The position numbers and the translations under genes were made by a program. From the NCBI RefSeq assembly GCF_036588685.1, contig NC_086373.1, positions 41,664,001-41,728,000 of the forward strand: 64,000 nucleotides of DNA. The letters are read 5' to 3'. The notes under the pieces are model-generated. The model searched no databases. It saw nothing but the letters and a program-made list of their open reading frames with translations, and was not told the DNA's origin. Below, piece by piece: positions 26,834 through 39,891 of this stretch (position 1 is its first letter; the number at the start of each line of letters is the position of its first letter). The DNA comes from Mytilus trossulus (taxonomy: Eukaryota).

Positions 26834-27453
26834 GGGCATACAATAAATTTTTATCCAGTATTTAAAAATATCTATGAAAACTGGCATGTAGGCTATTTTT
26901 TATCTGATTAAATCAAATATGTAATAAAAGATATACCTTCATGTGCTACTTTTTGAGTAAATTGAGGTTAAAATTTCAGATTTTCCCTCAAATTACGGAA
27001 TTGTAGACGTATTTTTCCTTTTGATAGAAATGCACAACTTTTTTGTTTTAAAAGATAAACACGATTTGTTTTTTATTAAATTATTTGTAATTGATGTGTT
27101 ATATAAATATTACATAAATTTGTACATTTATTTTTACAAATAACTCAAATGTATCAAATGATCATGAATGTAGGAAACAACCGTTATTTTTGGATGTATA
27201 TTAATCAAATTTAAAAAAAATGCACTATTTACGTTTTTAAGAAAATTAGTACCCATAATCTTCTTACGTAATCAAACCAAATGTCATTTTTAAAAAGAGG
27301 GGTCTATGAATTTGTTTTCAAGTTTAATCAGTTTGAATGATAAAAATCAGACGAAAACTGCATCTTTTCCCGATAAGTCACCGTTTGACGTTGTAAAAAT
27401 AACAATTTACGTTAGCCACGTTATTATCCCCCCTGTAACTGTTGTGTATGCCC
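26834..27453. mobile_element. MITE with 4-bp TSD TTGA
   Basis: TTGA-GGGCATACA...TGTATGCCC-TTGA. Confidence 0.65.
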
Positions 27454-29179
27454 TTGAAACCGACCAGGTTGCTAAATAAATTACAGGACTCTAAAACCAA
27501 ACAAGCGAAAGTAGATAGACTCTTCATGTAATAGTTTTGTGTAAATCATCATTGTTAGGTTCGCGTTCTTTTCTAGTCAATGGTCAATAATTTGTTTGCA
27601 TGAAAATTTGAAAAATATTTTTAAAAGGTATGATGTTTAAGACAGTTATTTGAAGTTCTTATCCTATAAATTGGACCAGGTCAAACGTATCTACGCCATC
27701 GGTGATAAATATATAGATACATGAGAAATGTAATCGATATTTGGTATTTTAATCGGACTTTATATAGGAGTTTCAATATTTCTTAGTATTTCAAATTTCA
27801 TTTCATTGACCTTATATATCTTATAACTGTTTGTATTTTTGTAAAGTAAACAACGTGAATCATCTACTAATAAATGCAATAGTACAAATAGGTTTAAAGT
27901 GCAAGCATGTTCTGTCTCAAAATTAAGTTTTATAATAAACCTACACAGATTATTTAGAAATAGTTTTTTTTTTTATCTGCGAGCGCTCCGTCGCCACGGT
28001 GTTTGGTGTGTTTCCTGTTTTAATTTGTGTAGTTTTCTAGTCCTGGTTGTTTTCTGCAAACTGTTGTCCTTATTGGTTATTTTTGTAATTTTTGCCGAAA
28101 TGTTCTTTAGTTAATTCTTTTTCTGTGGATGAAAACATAAAAAGAAGTGACCATTCTATTATGTAACCCAAACATTATCTCACAGCCAAAAGAAGATTAA
28201 ACAAATGGTACAGTTGGCTTTTAACCCGGATTTGTAATCTTTCAATCGATTAATGACTTTGGAATAGCGGTATACTACTTTTGCCTTTATTTGTAACTTA
28301 AAACCTAACACAGTGATTTTAATTCCTTTTCAAATTTCAGATTGTCGATAACAATCATAATATACATTATCGCACCGCGGGTAAAATATCAAGTTGTGAT
28401 TGGTTTAACGTATGAGAACGTATGGGGTTAGTAAATTCCATAGGGGTTCATGACGCGTTAATGGTGACGTAATCTATTAATGTTGTTGTGTTTCATTGTA
28501 AATTATTCAACAAAACGCAGCAAAAAAAGTCCAGCGTGCGATAAATTCGTTATACGGTTAACTACTGACCCCCTACGGATCCATAGATGGTGAATAAACT
28601 CCATAGGGAACACGGCCGCCCGCCTCACCCCTATTGAATTTACTAACCCTCTTTGGATCCGTAAGGGGGTCAGTAGCGAACCATATAACTCATAATGACA
28701 GAGGATGAACAGGGGATATGCAAAATACATGTACATGAGAACTGATTTTTTAAAATTGTTCAATTGTTTGGTTTTGAATGAGGCTGGATCTCGTCCTTTT
28801 TGTAAGCATCTTCCTATATCTATAAACTCATACTTTGTTAAATCAGATACGTTCTATTGAGTACTGCGTTTCAAAAAACCATTCGAACAAAATGTCAAGC
28901 AGTGTTTTTTAAGTAATTTCAACTTGAAGATAAAAAAAAATCCCTACCATGAGGCAATAAAAAAACGTTTGGACAATTTTTAAACAGTAAAAGTCTCTGA
29001 TAACAACGAAATTAATTATAACGTGCAAATTTAACCATACTGAAGATAAGTCAAAATAATATTTCATAATAACTACATAACGTTATGATAAATGTGTGTA
29101 GTAGAAGTAAGAAAACGCAATGACCCTGTGTACAGTTGCTTTTATGAATAAGCATAATCCAAAAACTGCATAGAAGAAT

Positions 29180-29356
29180 GCAGGTGACATTTAAAAGTTT
29201 GATCCATAATTAACAAATTCATCATTTGCGGTTTATTTACAAATTTCCTTATGTGTATGTCAACTATTAAAAAACTATTTGAAATGGTATAAAAGAACGT
29301 TTATACAGCAGTACAACAATATTCATTACAAATCAATCCAATTGAGTTAAACAAAG
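29180..29356 (+). promoter_or_regulatory. Core promoter and non-coding first exon of copy 4
   Basis: GTGACATTTAAAAGT, ATTCATCATTTGCGGT (~29217-29232), TATAAAA 29288-29294, donor CAAAG|GTAAG 29356/29357. Confidence 0.7.
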
Positions 29357-29517
29357 GTAAGACATATTTTAAAAATACATAATTATTATGAAAAAGAATG
29401 ATAAATATTCACAACAATAGTTATGCTATTTTGACAAAGATCAACAAGAAATATTTCATTGAGAATAAGAAAAAGATATAAATCAAGTAATACATATTTT
29501 TAGGGTAAAAATGATTC

Positions 29518-29914
29518 AATAGACCACTTTCGAGTTCATCCGTCACCGGAAAAAAACTCGTCAATTATACGCGCCTTTATCATCGTCATTTGTGCGTTTA
29601 GGGGCGTCGTCACTTCCTTCCAATGATGAGCGAGTGGTTGGAAAACTATAATTCTATATTGTACGAATTATTCGGCAAATTGAATTCTCAAAATTGACAA
29701 TCAACACTGCTTTCATTAGGGAAATGTCAGTAAGTACCTACAGAGCAACCATTATTTCTAGTTTATCCTGCACAAAGACGATCACTAAGACGCTTGATGA
29801 ACGTAAATAGTGCAGGGATACATGCGAGCCCCTCTATCTGGTAAATGACGTCATAAAGGCGTGTATAATTGACGAGTTTTTGCCGGTGACGGATGAACTC
29901 GAAAGTGGTCTATT
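29518..29914. mobile_element. MITE with ~60-bp TIRs in intron 1 of copy 4
   Basis: AATAGACCACTTTCGAGTTCATCCGTCACCGG...CCGGTGACGGATGAACTCGAAAGTGGTCTATT; TSD unclear. Confidence 0.8.
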
Positions 29915-30120
29915 CTATTTTCTGTATTTGAAAAAATGCAATTTCAGTGATTTAAAGCAAATTAAGAAAATGTTAGAAAGAAACAATGTAGCGCAAGTTA
30001 ATTAAGAATGGTAAATCAAAAAGTGTGCAAACTTTTCTCAACATTTCTTTCTTTATTTAAATATATGAAAATCCCAGTAAAATATTATATTAATTCTGTT
30101 GTTTTTCAGAATTTCTAAAG

Positions 30121-31099
30121 ATGCTGAGATTCCAGACCATTTTCTTTTTGATTGCATTGACCACAATGACAGTAGCCGGTAAGTACACTGTCAAATTTGT
30201 GCTTCTGCAAGTTTACAGGCTGTTTTAATAGAAGTGTTAAGGGTGTTAAGATACAAACATCTGAATGCCTTACTATCGATAAATCTTCAAAAAATTACGA
30301 TTTCAGTACTTATAAAGTTTATTTACTGAATTTACATTTTTGTCATTTTTGTTGTTTTTGCATTACTTAATTTGTGAACGTTATATAAAATGTCAGATAT
30401 ATTTATTTTACAGTCTATGCACCCACGGAAAAACATGCATTAGATAGACATGGACTGGAAAGGGTTTTGCTGGTCGAAAACACAGTTGGAAGAAACATAA
30501 ACAGGCGTCGTGGTGAGGGATCTCTTTCTGTACTGGATGTTATTGATGCAAATAGACGAGCAGGATCAAGAGGAGTTGGAACATCTCATGCAATAGGCAG
30601 TGAATTTATTACACACGGGTCATCTTCCGGTAGAGGATTGTCTGGGGCGTCTGTTCGAGGCAGGAACTCTGTATCTGGAATCATTAGAGGCTCTTCAACT
30701 GGTTTGTCTCGTGATTTATCTGACGATGATGATCATTTCACCTCTGGCAGCCGAATTGGTTCATCTGGTCTGGCTAGAAATGTGGATCTGTCTGGAAATT
30801 CACATTTGGAAACTATTGGTAGTGGCCATGGAGTGACTGGTCATTCAGGTGCAGATATTATTGACGCAATCAGTTCTGGACGAGGTGGGCGTGTTGTACT
30901 AGACACCGTTTCTGCCAGACGTAGTGGATCAGCACGTACTTCAGGTTCAGGGTTCGTTTCTCAGTCAGTGGTAGGAGGAAAAACTAATTGCAAAAATGAC
31001 TGTTTTATTGATGGAGATTGTCCAACAAACAGATACTGTGCCACCGTTAACTGTCACAGGATTTGTAGGAGAAGACTGTCTAATGGATACACACCATGA
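30121..31099 (+). CDS. Secreted Gly/Ser/Arg-rich protein with C-terminal 6-Cys WAP-like domain (copy 4, 247 aa)
   Basis: Coding exons 30121-30178 (MLRFQTIFFLIALTTMTVA) and 30414-31099; AATAAA 31152-31157. Confidence 0.9.
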
Positions 31100-33058
31100 A
31101 CAGCATATCACTGAAATCCAGACTTTACACTCACAGTATTTGTTTTTATAAAATAAAATGTTTAAAACAATTTTTGTTATTGTATAGATGTTATACTTCT
31201 TATAGAAAATGTATTTAAAAAATTGAAAAAAAAAATAATACATAGCGTAAATTTCAAGGAAACAGCTGCCAACCAGCACAATACAATATTCTTTTGATGG
31301 ATGTGCGTGAGTGTCTGGAAGTTATGACAACCAATTACAAAGTAAAGAAAAATATCCTTTGCATCTGCATATAGTTCAAATATTTTGTTTTTACATCTAG
31401 CTTGACAAAAGGTGTTCTTTTTTACATTTAAACCCTTTAAAAAATAATAAAATATTTATAAACAGTTGAAATTATTATAACGCAATCATCATGAAAATGT
31501 GGGATAATTGATTCCATTCCTTAAATTGTAAACATATTTGAACCAGACATTTCATGGGGATTCGTAAATGTCTAAACTCTTAACCGTGTCTTGCTTTATG
31601 TGCTTGTAATTTCCATTGATATCACTTTGAACTTGTGGCTATAAGTCACATCAATTTTTTTACTAAGTATTGAATTGTATAGAAAACAACATTTTTTCAA
31701 AACAATATTTTGGGGTCACTTTTGGTTTGATTTTAAGCAACTTGGTACCAATAGAAGCAGAATTGTCACAGTTTTTGTTTTGTTTATATGGTTATTTTTT
31801 ATTTGGTGGATCATTTTCATTCACAAGATAAACACAAATTTTATGTTCTATTCAGAAATTCGCAATATATTCAACCAAATTAAACAATAAATAATTATTG
31901 TATGTGTTTAAATCAGGAAAAAACAAAAACAACTAAAGACAAAACTACTACAAAATTAACAAACATACTTTTAAACAACTCTACGTCTTTTAAGGCATTA
32001 TAGATAGATAAAAATCCAACCATTAATGCTCTCGAAAATTTTTAAACGAAAATGTGTTTTTATATGAAATAAAAGCAAAAAAAATGCAGGTGACGAAAAC
32101 ATTTGGCCAGGTTATGTAATTCAATACGTACATTTTTTTTATAGCTAACACTATCCTGGCTTTATATAAGAACATGCAGACATTCAATGTTATTTTTACG
32201 TAAAACAAACTAATTTACCTGGTAAAATAACAATCGAAACTTCCATGAGTTAAGACGTCGAAGATGTTAGGAATGAAGTTACTAGTTCATAGTTAAAATC
32301 TGCAATGTAAAGTGTTTAAAGCTGCTTTATATAAAGATACAAATTAAGAGACAGTGTCATGTCAATATCATGTCGAAACTGTAAATTATCCTGAAGACTG
32401 AGTACCAATGAGATCACTCGCCGTCGAATTCACAATTTGTAAAAGTAAACCATTATAGATCAAAGTATCATCTTTGATTGAGAGCATTGGCTCACACCGA
32501 ACAGCAAAATGTAAATGGCACCAATAATGACCAGTGTAAAACCATAAAAACTGAAAACCAACGGTTTTTATTTCTATATTAAAAACGAGTAACATTCATA
32601 AACCAAATCAACAAACGACAAGCACTGAGCTTTAAACTCTTGACTAAGGACAATTGCAAGCAAATGAACGGGTTTCAACATTTTAGCATGTACAAACCGT
32701 CACCCTCACCTTATACAATAGTGTAACATCACAATATAGAGAGACACACAATAAAATATCAATTGAAAAGGCTTAACTGAATCAAATTTTAACACATACA
32801 TTTGTACAAGTGAACATACACTATATACTAAACGAATAAATTTTATCTACGACACAATGCACATATAAATATATCAAATAAGGAGTGAATGTTAAACAAT
32901 ATCAGAAAGACAAGACAACATCGGACAAAATGCCGGCAAAATGTTTCATGTACACCGGTAAATGAAAATAATCTTGTTGTAACATGATGTGTAAGGTATG
33001 CAGTAATATAATACGGAACATATTGTTTACGAAATAAATAATTTTGTTGTTATTGTAC

Positions 33059-35018
33059 AACCAGATGCTCCGCAGGGCGTAGCTTTATACGACCGCAGAG
33101 GTTGAACCCTGAACGGTTGGGGCAAGTATGGACACAACATTCAAGCTGGATTCCGCTCTAAATTTGGATTGTGATTAAATAGTTGACACAGCATAGGTTT
33201 CTGACACAGAATGAATGTATTCAAATGAACTTAAATTTTTTGTTTTCTCTTAGAGCAATTCACTATGCTGTTGAATATTAATCCTCTCAAAAAAATGTTT
33301 GAAGAAATTTTCTTTTTATTTATGAAATTTCAAATGAGAAAAATTTAACCCAATTTTTTATTCACATCCCCCTTTCCCTTATTCCAAAACTATGATTTCA
33401 ATTAAAATATTCTAATGGAGTTTGCAACAATTACTACTCATTTAAATACATGATGTAAAAAAAAACTGCTTGTTATCACTGAATGGTAAAGATTATTTAA
33501 ATTTATCAGTTGGTAGTAAAAAGTGAATATACATTGTATATTGTATATAACAAAGAATTAAGTTGATTGTGGACAAAGAAAGATAACTCCAATTAAAAAA
33601 AATTCTTGCAGATATTTCTTGCTTACTATACTGGACAAAGAAAGATAACTCTTAATTAAAAAAAAAATTGCTATTTCACAATATTGTGAAATTAGATATT
33701 TCTTGCCATTGCACAATACTGTGCAATTGAAAAGACTTGCTATTGCACAATACTTAATATAATAATTTTAGATCCTGATTTGGACCAACTTGAAAACTGG
33801 GCCCATAATCAAAAATCTAAGTACATGTTTAGATTCAGCATATCAAAGAGGCCTAAGAATTTAATTTTTGTTAAAATCAAACTTAGTTTAATTTTGGACC
33901 CTTTGCACTTTAATTTAGACCAATTTTAAAACTGGACCAAAAATTAAGAATCTACATACACAGTTAGATTTGGCATATCAAAGAACCCCAATTTTTCAAT
34001 TTTTGATGAAATCAAACAATGTTTAATTTTGGACCCCGATTTGGGCCAACTTGAAAACTGGGCCAATAATCAAAAATCTAAGTACATTTTTAGATTCAGC
34101 ATATCAAAGAACCCCAAGGTTTCAATTTTTGTTAAAATCAAACTAAGTTTAATTTTGGACCCTTTGGACCTTAATGTAGACCAATTTGAAAACGGGACCA
34201 AAAATTAAGAATCTACATACACAGTTAGATTCGGCATATTAAAGAACCCCAATTATTCAATTTTGATGAAATCAAACAAAGTTTAATTTTGGACCCTTTG
34301 GGCCCCTTTTTCCTTAACTGTTGGGACCAAAACTTCCAAAATCAATACCAACCTTCCTTTTATAGTCATAAACCTTGTGTTTAAATTTCATAGATTTCTA
34401 TTTACTTATACTAACGCTATGGTGCGAAAACCAAGAAAAATGCTTATTTGGGTCCCTTTTTGGCCCCTTAATTCCTAAACTGTTGGGACCGAAACTCCCA
34501 AAATCAATACCAACCTTCCTTTTGTGGTCATAAACATTGTGTTTAAATTTCATAGATTTCTATTTACTTTAACTAAAGTTATTGTGCGAAAACCAAGAAT
34601 AATGCTTATTTGGGCCCTTTTTTGGCCCCTTATTCCTAAACTGTTGAAAATAAAACTCCCAAAATCAATCCCAACCTTTATTTTGTGGTTATAAACCTTG
34701 TGTCAAAATTTCATAGATTTCTATTAATTTAAACTAAAGTTATAGTGCGAAAACCAAGAAAATGCTTATTTGGGCCCTTTTTGACCCCTAATTCCTAAAA
34801 TGTTGGGACCAAAACTCCCAAAATCAATACCAGCCTTCCTTTTATGGTCATAAACCTTGTGTTAAAATTTCATAGATTTCTATTCACTTTTACTAAAGTT
34901 AGAGTGCGAAAACTAAAAGTATTCGGACGACGACGACGACGACGACGACGACAACGACGACGACGACGACGCCAACGTGATAGCAATATACGACGAAAAT
35001 TTTGCGGTCGTATAAAAA
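33059..35018 (+). mobile_element. Non-autonomous Helentron-associated element (HINE/DINE-1-like) with internal tandem repeats
   Basis: Subterminal IR TTTATACGACCGCA (33084-33097) / TGCGGTCGTATAAA (35003-35016); 3' stem-loop; (GAC)n at 34926-34970; ~261-bp and ~161-bp internal arrays. Confidence 0.8.
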
Positions 35019-35142
35019 CAGAAGAGAAAATCAGTAGTCATACCAAACACGTATCAAAGCTGGTATATATCAAAAATAGAAAGACCAGAATTAAAGCTAA
35101 GTATTTACATAAGTAAACATAAAATAACAAAAAAGCATTACA

Positions 35143-35410
35143 AAAGAGAGACGAAAGATACCAAAGGGACAGTCAAACTCATAAATCTAATACAAACTGA
35201 CAACGCCATGGCTAAAAATGAAAAAGACTAACAGAAAAACAATAGTACACATGACACAACAAAGAAAACTAAAGAATAAACAACACGAACCCCACCAAAA
35301 ACTAGGGGTGATCTCAGGTACTCCGGAAAGGTAAGCAGATCCTGCTCCACATGTGGCACCCGTCGTGGTGCTTATGTGATTACAAGTCCGGTAAATAGTA
35401 TAATTCGGTA
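35143..35410. repeat. Interspersed repeat (second copy 12162-12420 in intron 2 of copy 2)
   Basis: Shared AAGAGAGACGAA..GCAGATCCTGCTCCA.ATGTGGCACCC core. Confidence 0.7.
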
Positions 35411-37118
35411 CAAATTATATCAACAGGTTAATATAACACGAAAGTAGAATTTCAGGGTAATCGCAGTAAAGTATAGCTAAAAACAAATAATGATAAAAAA
35501 AGAATGCATCAGAGACTAAGATTAACTGAGTCACATCTTAGGGATTGAGTACTTTAACATGATGGACAGTCAAAGAGTACATGACTTGTGCAATGCCAAA
35601 AAAAAAAGTATCAACATGCGGTAGGAAAAATAGAAGTTAAAAGTTTAATGTTTTAATTTGCTGATGACCAATTCGATATTTGTGCCAATGATAACTATAT
35701 TCAAAGATATAATTGAAACACTGGTAAGATTACCTTTATTAATAAGCTTGTCAAAAGGTTAGATGAGTTTACAAACACCATGGCGATGCTACTCCTAGTA
35801 GAGATTTGCTTACCTAGTTCAGTAATCAGCACCTCTATGTTGACATAAATTATTATTGATATTGTCATAATTATAAACTAAATGTTTTAAAATCTTTGAA
35901 TTGTTAAGCTTTTTAGCCATAGTAATATAACCACCCTTTACATAGCCCCATTGAATAGGCTAGCAATTTTAAAAATCATTAGATAGCGATTCTATTGTAC
36001 CTGTGTTCCATAGGAATGAATGGGAAGTTGTTTTTCTTCATCTCTATAGCTCTAAGTTATGGCAACACTAGTTTATTGATTTTCATGGATGGTTCGAAAT
36101 CATACAGAATCAATTGAAAAAAGGAGAACGATTCAACAATAGAAATTCAATTCTATATAAATGATGCGGGTGAGAGTCGTCTAAAGTAGTTTTTATCCAT
36201 AAATTTGCATATGAAGCCTCAAAATCTGCAACATGGAAAACTATGGCGAGATGTTTGAGAAAACAGAGCACTGAAAACTACTGATTTTGCTCGCAGGAAA
36301 TAGATTGTGTTTCAGTTCCTTCCGTGCAGCACATTATATGGTACTAAGAATTATTAATTTTTTTTTTTTTGATACTTGAACTTATTTTGATATTTTTCTT
36401 CGCTTCGAAATTGCCACCCCGTGTCGAACATAGCCGACACTCCGCATGTGGCGTTCTACACGGTGATATAGTTAATACCATTATGCGAGTAAATGGTTTC
36501 GCAGTAATTCAAACGACCCTTTTTAAGAGCGCACATAGTTATTGACAATCTAAAGGACAATTTTTGTTGAACATCCAGATGAGACGGTCATTACCATTTG
36601 TGAAGATTATGTATCGATTAAGAACAAGGTAAGTCCTCAGATTTGCAGATCATAATAATGTATCTTGAAGCCTTGACGGACTTAAAGATACGTCAAATTT
36701 TACCCTCAGCAAATATTGTTTTTGTGAGATTGAATTGATGATATTTTAAATATACAATAGTAAACAAATTAATCAATAAACTCAATTTCTGACTCATTTT
36801 TGTGTGCATATAAATCGGAATTTATTTAAATATTTATTTAAAGAAAAGAAAAAGTAAGAAATGTTTTAATGTTTCTATTCGACAAATTAAGGTTTTGATT
36901 AATTTGTAAGGCAATGTTTGAATATCACATAATTTATCAGAATGTGTAAGTCTTTGGTGGGATTCGTGTTGCTCAGTAATTGAGTTTTTCTAAGAAGTGT
37001 ATTGTAAACTTGTTTGTCCTTCCGTCATATGACATGTTTATTATGTCGTTGTCGTGTGATATCGACTTATGCATTTTGGGTGTCCCTATGGTAATATCTA
37101 CCTTTAAGTTATTCCTTT

Positions 37119-39891
37119 CCCAGACAACATGAGTATGTTGGCCCAACATTGGCACAACGTATATCATTGCATTGGCCCATCGTTGTATTTTAACGTTGGC
37201 CCAACGTATAAGTGCAAAGTGGGCCTACGTTGGCCCAACATGATCGCTTCATGTTGGCCCAACGTTGTACGGTTATATGCAATACATAGAGCCAACGTTG
37301 GCCCATTGTATGAAAAACGAAATCCATGTTGGCACAACGTTGGACCAACGTAGAAATATCTTCTCTTATGTTGGCACTATGTTGGTCCAAGGTAGGTATT
37401 TCTCATTTTTATGTTGGCAATACGTTGGTCTATTGTTTCAACCAAATTACAATGGATGCTGCATGAGGGGCTGTATATGATAAATACTCCGGAGAACTTT
37501 GATCTTTTTTAATTGTGTTCCAAACTGCCAAAGTTTAAGGTAGCATTTCTGTATTTTTGTATAACCCATTGTTGTTACTGTCCTTGTTTTTTTCATGAAC
37601 TTTGCCTCTTTAATTTTATTTATTGTGTGACGCCAAGATATTTCTTTGGCAATGTTTGATGGATCGACCAGATAAACTCTGTGTCATTTGCTGTCTTGTA
37701 AAGAGTTGTCTCATTAGCAATCATACCACATCTTCTTTTTTCATATCAATTTCATTTATTTCTTTAACAGAACAAATGACGTATGGCTTATGGTTAGGCG
37801 ATCATACAAATAGTTTTTTTTCGGAGATGTAATTTTAGTTGTATTGTTTCCAGATCCAGAATGAAAATTAAATAATTCAGAAGATGAAACATTATTTATT
37901 TTAAATTTGATATCATTGGTCGTCACCACGAGTAGTGTCATCCTCAATTTGAACTTCAACAGTGTCATTATAATTTATATATGTTATTCGTTTTTCCCTT
38001 CTCTGTTTCTTGACACCTTCTCTGTCAAGGCTTAAGCGCCGCCAATCTTTAGCTGCATCATCCATCTCCTAATCCGAAGACTCTTTGCAGCTATGTTTTT
38101 TTTCTAACCGAATCTGTAATAAAGTTATAAGTAAACTTGAATTGCGTATTTGTCTAATGCATGCGTGCGTAATCTCCCTTCTAGATATGTAATATAAATT
38201 AATGTATATTCTAAATAGTTTAAATACTATTTAATACAAATTAAATCTTAAATAACCATTTTTGTATATTGGTTATTTGTCTAATGGTCAGAAATTCATT
38301 AGTATTAGACGGATTTGTGGGTATAACAAACCCTTATTTACTATTATTTCAGAATTCGGTATCATACTTTGTATATTCGTAATATACATGATATATAAAG
38401 AATAATTCAGATGTGTATTAATGAACAGTTATATATTTGATATATAAAAACACTGTTACACATTTAAGTGTGTATATGATCAGGTTTCACAAATATATCG
38501 TATCTGTTTGCATGCGATTTAGAAATACAATAAAACTAACAAATTCATTTATATTTCAATGAAGTAGCAATCATTATACCACATTTTTGAAACATTACGG
38601 AATAAGGTACATCTTAAGACAATTTTATTCCATTAACTTCAGTAATGATCATACATGTTGTGGTTAAAGATTGATATAAGTTTACCATTTATTTGAAGAT
38701 ACTTATGTTCAGTGGCAAATATTTCATGATAATTAATAGGATTGAAATGATTTAAAATTTAGAAAATATTTCGCCCGAAACGTATAAACTTCAAGATCAG
38801 CATTATAAAATGATAGAAATTAATATATGTTTTGATTTTTAACAACATCCCTCAGATTAAAAAATCATATTGTATTTGTCATTCTAAATCGTATATTTAT
38901 CAGATTTTTTAAAGTTATAACTTACATGTTACTATCTTTCTCTTTGAATCCCAGATGACATGATTTTCTCTTTTTGTTTTCTTCGTATCACTGATTTCTT
39001 ACAAATACACAACAGGAAATAATCACAAAAGTGACCATCCCATTACATTCAGATTTCCTATAAACTTAATTACCATAGCAACTATCTTTGAAATTTGTCG
39101 AACACATGGTCAACCTTATCAGAATGGGCTTGATTAACAGACTGGCTGTATCAAATATCACTCTGCATATAATTGCTATTATTATGTTTCACAAAGTTTA
39201 ATGAATAAAGTTATTATAAATAATTGCAATAATTTTTAATTTTTAACCAGGCAATCTATGTTTACGATATACATTTTTTTTTATTACAGTAATGATATTC
39301 CAGTATAAATTTTGCCTGACTTATATATAGAGTATTATATATGATCACGCAACGTTGGGCCAGCAATGGCCCAACATAGAGTTGTAAATGTATTTTCAGT
39401 TGATAAACACTTTCAGCATAACATTAACTTTTCATAAAGCCTGCTGCAATTGAAATTATCCGCATCCCAAGAGAAATAAAGCGTAAAATATTATATGATC
39501 AATTCCATTAACAAAATTTCATATCGGCCCTATGTTGCTACTAACATAATGCCAACATTTGCCCGATTATTTATAACCAACATGAGATAATAATATGAAT
39601 TTACAACAACAGACCAACGTTGGGCCAATGTTGTGCAGCCGACACCAACGTGCGACCAATGTACCGACAATTTGCCAACGTTGGGCCAATGTTGTGCAGC
39701 CAACATAAAATTGCGACCAACGGACCTACAATTTGCCAACGTTGAGCCAATGTTGTGCAGCCAACATAAACTTGCGACCAACGGACCGACAATTTGCCAA
39801 CGTTGGGCCAATGTTGTAAAGCCAACACCAACGGTCGACCAACGGGCCGACCATTTGCCAACGTTGGCCCACTGTTAGTCTGCTGACTGGG
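37119..39891. mobile_element. Non-autonomous CMC/EnSpm-like element with CCAACGTTGG subterminal arrays
   Basis: TT-CCCAG...CTGGG-TT; many CCAACGTTGG palindromes at both ends; 61-bp tandem units at 39614, 39675, 39736, 39797 and 39858. Confidence 0.75.

Noticed and set aside
34844-35116. Poly-Arg ORF
   Set aside because: It is the (GAC)n microsatellite of the Helentron-type element.
39614-39870. Regular 61-bp repeats with palindromes, CRISPR-like at a glance
   Set aside because: No unique spacers, no cas genes, eukaryotic context; these are subterminal repeats of a TIR element.
37129-39878. Overlapping short ORFs rich in WPNVG/LAQRW
   Set aside because: Translation artefacts of CCAACGTTGG repeats.
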